A stretch of DNA of 64,000 bases from Acidobacteriota bacterium (GTDB lineage Bacteria > Acidobacteriota > UBA6911 > RPQK01 > JAJDTT01), in NCBI GenBank assembly GCA_965209055.1, contig OZ242374.1, forward strand, positions 2,624,001 through 2,688,000, read 5' to 3'. Below are positions 58,777 to 64,000 of the stretch, piece by piece. Made by a program: the position numbers and the translations under genes. The notes beneath the pieces are model-generated. The model saw only the letters and a list, made by a program, of their open reading frames with translations, made no database searches and was not told where the DNA came from. Each line of letters opens with the position of its first letter. The stretch's first letter is position 1.

Positions 58777-59001
58777 GCTGCTGTCTCCCTGTGGTTATGA
58801 CTTGATCGGTGATGGTGCCGGTTCGAACAAACTCATACGAGTCCCGAATCCAACAAGGGCGCAGGATATAGCAACCTGGGGGGTGGAACAACCATGCGAG
58901 GCCGCCGGGCGGGACCGTTTCAAGGGGCCCGAGAGCCGTTGTCATGGCGCCGGCAATCGTAGGGAGGCGACGGATATTGCGGCAGGATTCCAGGTTTGGT
59001 C

Positions 59002-59982
59002 CTACTCGTCCAAGTAGTAGCCGGAACCGATCAGGATCGGCAGCCCGTAGCTGACCACGCGCTTGACGAAGACCACCTTCCGCTGCTGGGATCCGGTGGC
59101 AGGATTGCGGGTCCGGAAATAGAGGAAGGATTCACCGAAAGCATCGGCAACGCTCAAGAAATCCCGGTCCGGAATCGAGGTCAACTCCGAACCGCTTCCC
59201 CCCGGTGTCCAAGCGCCCCGGTGGTATGGTTCACCGCTGAAGAGGGTATTCCCGTTCTGGTCCAGCCCGAAAACGTAGATCGAGTCGTGCCTCCAACGCG
59301 GATCGGCCGACAGCGGGACGGAGGCGAAGTACCCCATTGATTCGAGCTGCATGGCCGCACAACGGACGAATTCCCGCAACTTTTCGTCCGAAGGATCGAT
59401 GGTGAGGCCCATGGCGTTCACCTCTTCCCGTTGGCAGGTGCCGGGGAGATCGCGTTGGTAGATCCCGGCTCCGATCGTCGAGGGCACGCCATTCCAATCG
59501 ATCGCCTTGATGTAGGTGGCTTTCGGCTCATCGTTGCCGGAAACCGGATTCAAGTAGGAATAGTAGATCCAGCCTTCGCCGAATTCACTGGCCACACGAT
59601 ACGATTCCCGGAAGAGATTATTGCCGAAGGCATCGATCAACCGGCCCCAATGAGACGGGTCCCCTTCGATCGATGGATCCGGCGGGAAGACAAACGATCG
59701 AACCGCGTCGCTCACGGGAGTGAGTTCCGTAACCCCGATGTAGACTGGACCTGAGCGCCAGCGTTCGTCATTGTGGAAGGCCTCGTAGGCTTCTTCAAAG
59801 CCTCTGTCCCGGACCAGCTCGTAGGCGCACTGGACGAATGCCTCCACGTCATTCGGGGTTCGGACTGCGCTTGCGGCGATGGAGTGATCCGCACAAGATG
59901 GAGTATCGGCAGTTCCAAAACCCTGTGTGGAGACCAACAGGCTGGTGAGAATAAGGAAACAGGTCCGCCAATGGAAAGCCAT
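59002..59982 (-). CDS. Secreted tandem Cache-domain protein
   Basis: Signal peptide and two repeats (WR..P/SIY; GWIYY..NP..G..EPK..YIK; IGAGIY/IGSGYY). Confidence 0.7.
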   Translation of the reverse strand: MAFHWRTCFLILTSLLVSTQGFGTADTPSCADHSIAASAVRTPNDVEAFVQCAYELVRDRGFEEAYEAFHNDERWRSGPVYIGVTELTPVSDAVRSFVFPPDPSIEGDPSHWGRLIDAFGNNLFRESYRVASEFGEGWIYYSYLNPVSGNDEPKATYIKAIDWNGVPSTIGAGIYQRDLPGTCQREEVNAMGLTIDPSDEKLREFVRCAAMQLESMGYFASVPLSADPRWRHDSIYVFGLDQNGNTLFSGEPYHRGAWTPGGSGSELTSIPDRDFLSVADAFGESFLYFRTRNPATGSQQRKVVFVKRVVSYGLPILIGSGYYLDE

Positions 59983-60129
59983 CAGGACATTGTCCCGAGC
60001 CCGGGACGAAGCCGGGTCGCCCGCCGGTGCGACGGGGCGTTGAGAAATCGTCGATTCACAATGAAACGACCCGTTCGAGGCAAAAACACTATACACTTGT
60101 CGCCTAGGCCTTCCCACTGCGCACCGCCC

Positions 60130-60918
60130 ATGACCATTCGCATTCTGCAATTGAGCGATCCTCACCTCCTGTCCGACCCGGACTCACAGCATCGGGATGT
60201 CCCCACCTGGCGATCCTTTCGCCAGGTCCTTCGCCATCTGGATGGCGAGGCCTCCGGCTTTGACTGGGTGATCCTGACCGGGGATCTGGCGCACGATGAG
60301 CAGCGGGAAACCTACCGGCTCCTGAGGCGAACGTTGGAGGAACGAAGCACGCCTTGGCGGATGATCCCCGGGAATCACGACTGCCGGGCGTTCATGCGGG
60401 AGGTGTTCCCCGAAATGGCCGGTTCTGCCGGGGACTCCTTCGGCTTCTGCCTGGACCTGCCGGGCTGGAAGCTTGTGGGGCTGGATTCCCGGCTGCCCGG
60501 TTCCGTCTCCGGACGGGTGGGCCGCCGCCAGTTGGATTGGTTGAGGAAGGAACTGGAGGCGGACTCCGGAGTTCCTGCGATCCTTTTCATCCATCACCCT
60601 CCGGTTCCGGTCGGGTGCCCCTGGTTGGACCGGATCGGCTTGGAGGATGCCGGGCAACTCCGCTCGGTCGTGGGGGCGGCGCCTCAGGTTCAACTGGTCC
60701 TTTGCGGGCATGTCCACCACGAGTTCCGGGGTCGATTGGGTGAGGTGGAGGTTCTGTCCGCCCCCTCCACGGCTTTCCAATTCCTGCCCCAGGGAGAGAT
60801 CCCGGTCTTCGATCCTGCTCCCCCCGGCGCCCGGATCCTGGAACTGGACGGGTCGCGGTGGAGGACCCGTGTCGTCCGCGTTCCCGAATTGATCTGGGTG
60901 CCGAATCCCGACGTCTGA
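60130..60918 (+). CDS. 3',5'-cyclic-nucleotide phosphodiesterase (CpdA/Icc-like)
   Basis: LSDPH, TGDLAHD, PGNHD, HHPP, CGHVH, PST.FQF. Confidence 0.88.
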   Translation: MTIRILQLSDPHLLSDPDSQHRDVPTWRSFRQVLRHLDGEASGFDWVILTGDLAHDEQRETYRLLRRTLEERSTPWRMIPGNHDCRAFMREVFPEMAGSAGDSFGFCLDLPGWKLVGLDSRLPGSVSGRVGRRQLDWLRKELEADSGVPAILFIHHPPVPVGCPWLDRIGLEDAGQLRSVVGAAPQVQLVLCGHVHHEFRGRLGEVEVLSAPSTAFQFLPQGEIPVFDPAPPGARILELDGSRWRTRVVRVPELIWVPNPDV

Positions 60919-60942
60919 CCGGAGCCGCGCTTCAAGTCCGGG

Positions 60943-63900
60943 TCAGAATCCCGAGCCCCGCTCCAGAAACAGGAACAGGTCCACCAGGTTCTGCGTGGTC
61001 ATGGCCTCCAGCAGGTCTTCGGGCATGATGGAGATCCGGGAAGTTCGCCGATCGGTAACGAGGTCCTTGGGAATCTCGATTCTCTCTCCGGTGGCGTCGA
61101 TGAGGGTCAACATCTCTTCTGTCTCATCCGCCAGCATTCCGGTCAACGGCTCGCGTCCCTTGGCCTCGACAATGAGCGCCGTGTACTGGTCGGAGATGAC
61201 CTTGGAGGGAAACATGATGGCCTCCAGGATCTCGGAACGGCGAAAGCGCTTGACCGCCGTCGACAGATCGGGTCCGCCGCCCCGGCCCTCGCTGCCGAAC
61301 ACGTGGCAATTGGAACACTTGGCCCGGTGGAATACGGCCCGCCCCCGTTCCGCGCTCCCCCTCTCGTAGGCCCCGGGATCGAATTCCAGGTAGAGGCTCA
61401 ATTCCTCGAAACTCATCTGGGTGAGCCGCGATCGCTCCGGTGGAGGCTCTCCGCTGATGAGCTCCAGAACCCGTTCCGCCCGCTTCCGCGCCAGCTCGGC
61501 CTCCCGCGCCTCGGCCTGGTCCCGCTCCTCCGCCGGAAGCAGGTCCAGAACGTCTTCCCAGAGGCGGGTGATGTAGCCGTGCATGCTGGCCGCACCCGGC
61601 ATCTGCCATCCCCGGTCGAACCACTCGACCAGGGTGTTCCGCTGAGCCCGGTTCCAACCGTGCTTGATGGATCGAAGAGCGTAAACGGTATGGATCTGGT
61701 CCGGCTGGGACTTTTCCGGCTTCAGATCCCGAAGCAGCGCCTCAATGGCGCCCGGCGTCTGCAGGTGCCCCAGGAGAGTTTCCAACTCCCGATTCACCAG
61801 AGAGCTTTCTGTGGGATACAGGTCCAGCAACCGGGAGCCGAGTTGGGAGGCGAATTTCTTGCGTCCCGGTGTTGCCGGCGCCGGGTCGCGCAGCAAGGCC
61901 AGCTGGCAGATTCGCAGGTAGGCCAGTCGGACCTCCTCGGTCATGGGTTCGCGGCTGTATTCCAGGATTTTTTCCTGAATGGCGTTCCAGTCCGGACCCG
62001 GGATTCCAACCCGGATCAAGGCCAGAAGGCCCTCCAGTGCCCCGTGAGGCCGCTCCCGTACGGTGTCGGCCAGAACCCGGGAGGTCCAGAGGAGTGGATC
62101 CATCCGCTCCAGTGTCAGCCTCGCGGCGTGGCGGACGAACCGGCCGGAATGATCCATGAGGCGGACCAGGCTCCGAGCCAGCGCTTCAGGATCCGGAAGA
62201 GGAGAGTCGGCGTTCAATCCGGCCCGCAGGAGGGATTCCGCGGCCCGCCTCGCCACCAGGGGGTCGGAGTCGCCCAAACGCTCATGCAGGCTGGGTGAGA
62301 CCGATTTCAGGGGGTGGGTCCCCAGCAGGAGGACCGCGGCCGCGCGGACCTCCCGATCCTCATCCCTGGAGAGCTGGTCCAGCAGCTCCGGGACGGGCGC
62401 CGGTCCCATGGTCTGAAGCAACTCCAGGGCGCGGACTCGCTGTTCGGAAGGAGAGGCCCGGTCGCGAGCGACTCGGATCAGGTCGCCTTCCCAACGGGTC
62501 CCCAATTCGGACTTGACCCGGGTCAGCGCCAGCTGTCCCCAAGCGGACCGGTGCATGGGCTGGGTCAGGGCCCTGCGGGCGCCGGAGCCGGTGCCGACGG
62601 AGGATGCGGGTGCCGCGTCGCCATGGAGGACCCTGTAGAGCCCGCCGCTGGTGGATCGGCCGCCCGCCGAGAAATAGAGGAGGCCGTCGGGGCTGACGTC
62701 CAGGTCGGTCACATTCAACGGTTCCCCTGTGACGAAGTCCTCGCCGGAGGCGACATACGTCGCCCCGGTCTGCTCCGGAAAGCTGACCCGGATGCGCCCC
62801 CGGGACCAGTCCCCCAGAAAGAGGGCTCCGTGATATTTCGGGGGGTAGGTCCGGTGCTGGTAGAAGGCGATTCCCACGGGTGAGCCGCGTCCCAGACCTT
62901 CGACGGCAGGGAGGGAATCGGGGTAGTAGTCCGGGAACTTGCTGGATCCCGTTCGCCAGCCGTAGTCTCCTCCGGGAACCGCGTGAAGGACCCGGATGGG
63001 ACGGTACCAGGGAAGCCCGAAGTCCCACTCCATGTCCGAATCGAAGGTAAAGATCTCTCCCTGTGGATTCAGAGCGAAGTCGAAGGCGTTCCGGAAACCG
63101 GCGCTGTACTGAGTGACCCGATTGCCGGCGAGATCCAGCCGGTGGATGGTTCCGGCGGGCACCCGGATCGAGTTGGCGTGTCCCCGGGGATCCACGTAGC
63201 GCTCCAGAAGATGGTCCTCCCGGAGCCCCCGGGAGGGAGAGCCCGGGTCGACGGTCGCGTCGGGGTAGGCGTAGTTGCCGTAGAGCAGGTACAGGTCGCC
63301 GTCCATGCCGGTCAGGATGGCGTGCGGCCCGTGCTCTCCGATCCGGCCGCGGCTGCCGGCGATCAGGGTGGTGGAATCGGCCTGGTCGTCGCCATCGTCG
63401 TCGACCAGCCGGTAGAGGCCCGGTCCGTCGGGCCCGTTGGCCTGCACCAGCAGGTCTCCGGCGCCCAGGTAGTGCATCCCGTGCGCTTTTTGCACCCGGT
63501 TCGAGAAGTCCCGGACCCGTTCGAACCGGCCGTCGCCGTCCTCATCCAGCAGGATGTGAATTCCACCGTGCTCACGGGCCACGACCGGCCTGCCCAAGTG
63601 GTCGAAGGCCATATTGACCAGTGAGCCCAGCAATTCGTCGGTGGCCACCTGCTCCACCTGGAAGCCGGCGGCAACCCGGAATCGTTCCTTGTTGCGCCGT
63701 ATCTGGCCGGTCGTCCTGGCCGCCTTGATCCGGATGTCCTTGTACAGGACCCGCATAGGCTGCCCGGTGTGGAGTTGGAGGGCGATGATCCCCGACCTCG
63801 ATCCCTTGGGATCGGTCAGGTCGCAAACCTGGTGGCCGTTGAGGATGAACCGGATCCGGCGTCCCTCGGCGATGATCTCGTACCGGTTCCATCCCGTCAG

Positions 63901-64000
63901 GTCGGCGCGTGAATTGATCGCCGCCTTCTCTTCGGGACTCAGCTTCTTCCAGTAGTCCATGATGCCGCGCTTGCCCTCTTCGTAGAGCATGCCGAAGTAT
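60943..64000 (-). CDS. PVC-type membrane-bound dehydrogenase-like protein (DUF1080, propeller, HEAT repeats, heme CxxCH); 5' end outside window
   Basis: GIIALQLH (DUF1080), GFRNAFD, DSDMEWD, GRGSP, CSNCH, GPDLS, SIMPE. Confidence 0.85.
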   Translation of the reverse strand, partial: YFGMLYEEGKRGIMDYWKKLSPEEKAAINSRADLTGWNRYEIIAEGRRIRFILNGHQVCDLTDPKGSRSGIIALQLHTGQPMRVLYKDIRIKAARTTGQIRRNKERFRVAAGFQVEQVATDELLGSLVNMAFDHLGRPVVAREHGGIHILLDEDGDGRFERVRDFSNRVQKAHGMHYLGAGDLLVQANGPDGPGLYRLVDDDGDDQADSTTLIAGSRGRIGEHGPHAILTGMDGDLYLLYGNYAYPDATVDPGSPSRGLREDHLLERYVDPRGHANSIRVPAGTIHRLDLAGNRVTQYSAGFRNAFDFALNPQGEIFTFDSDMEWDFGLPWYRPIRVLHAVPGGDYGWRTGSSKFPDYYPDSLPAVEGLGRGSPVGIAFYQHRTYPPKYHGALFLGDWSRGRIRVSFPEQTGATYVASGEDFVTGEPLNVTDLDVSPDGLLYFSAGGRSTSGGLYRVLHGDAAPASSVGTGSGARRALTQPMHRSAWGQLALTRVKSELGTRWEGDLIRVARDRASPSEQRVRALELLQTMGPAPVPELLDQLSRDEDREVRAAAVLLLGTHPLKSVSPSLHERLGDSDPLVARRAAESLLRAGLNADSPLPDPEALARSLVRLMDHSGRFVRHAARLTLERMDPLLWTSRVLADTVRERPHGALEGLLALIRVGIPGPDWNAIQEKILEYSREPMTEEVRLAYLRICQLALLRDPAPATPGRKKFASQLGSRLLDLYPTESSLVNRELETLLGHLQTPGAIEALLRDLKPEKSQPDQIHTVYALRSIKHGWNRAQRNTLVEWFDRGWQMPGAASMHGYITRLWEDVLDLLPAEERDQAEAREAELARKRAERVLELISGEPPPERSRLTQMSFEELSLYLEFDPGAYERGSAERGRAVFHRAKCSNCHVFGSEGRGGGPDLSTAVKRFRRSEILEAIMFPSKVISDQYTALIVEAKGREPLTGMLADETEEMLTLIDATGERIEIPKDLVTDRRTSRISIMPEDLLEAMTTQNLVDLFLFLERGSGF

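Overview
GC-rich bacterial chromosome window. Gene content (pheT without the OB domain, secDF-tonB-exbB-exbD-exbD-TPR-rel block, PVC-type heme protein) looks Acidobacteria-like, which is an inference. Positions 1-36 kb are mostly housekeeping: HU, tRNA-Val, thrS-infC-rpmI-rplT-pheST-zapBA-6S RNA-rny-ymdB, uvrA, tgt-yajC-secDF, TonB system, rel, rpmB, recA, tRNA-Gln. Positions 36-50 kb hold a metal-homeostasis module and a small-molecule catabolic cluster. The main accessory signal is at 50.4-56.1 kb. A RAYT/HUH transposase flanked by oppositely oriented tandem repeats is interrupted at its 3' end by a ~4.05 kb tyrosine-integrase element with 8-bp CCCTGCGG direct repeats. That element has no intact gene apart from the integrase. 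Its cargo is three ~310-bp non-coding units with covarying long stems, a conserved pseudoknot-type pairing, and a unit-specific hexamer repeated at fixed spacing and again in a hairpin loop. Separately, a 242-bp TA-duplicating MITE (1923-2164) sits in codon 4 of a hydrolase gene and appears to restore its translation through overlapping stop/start codons.
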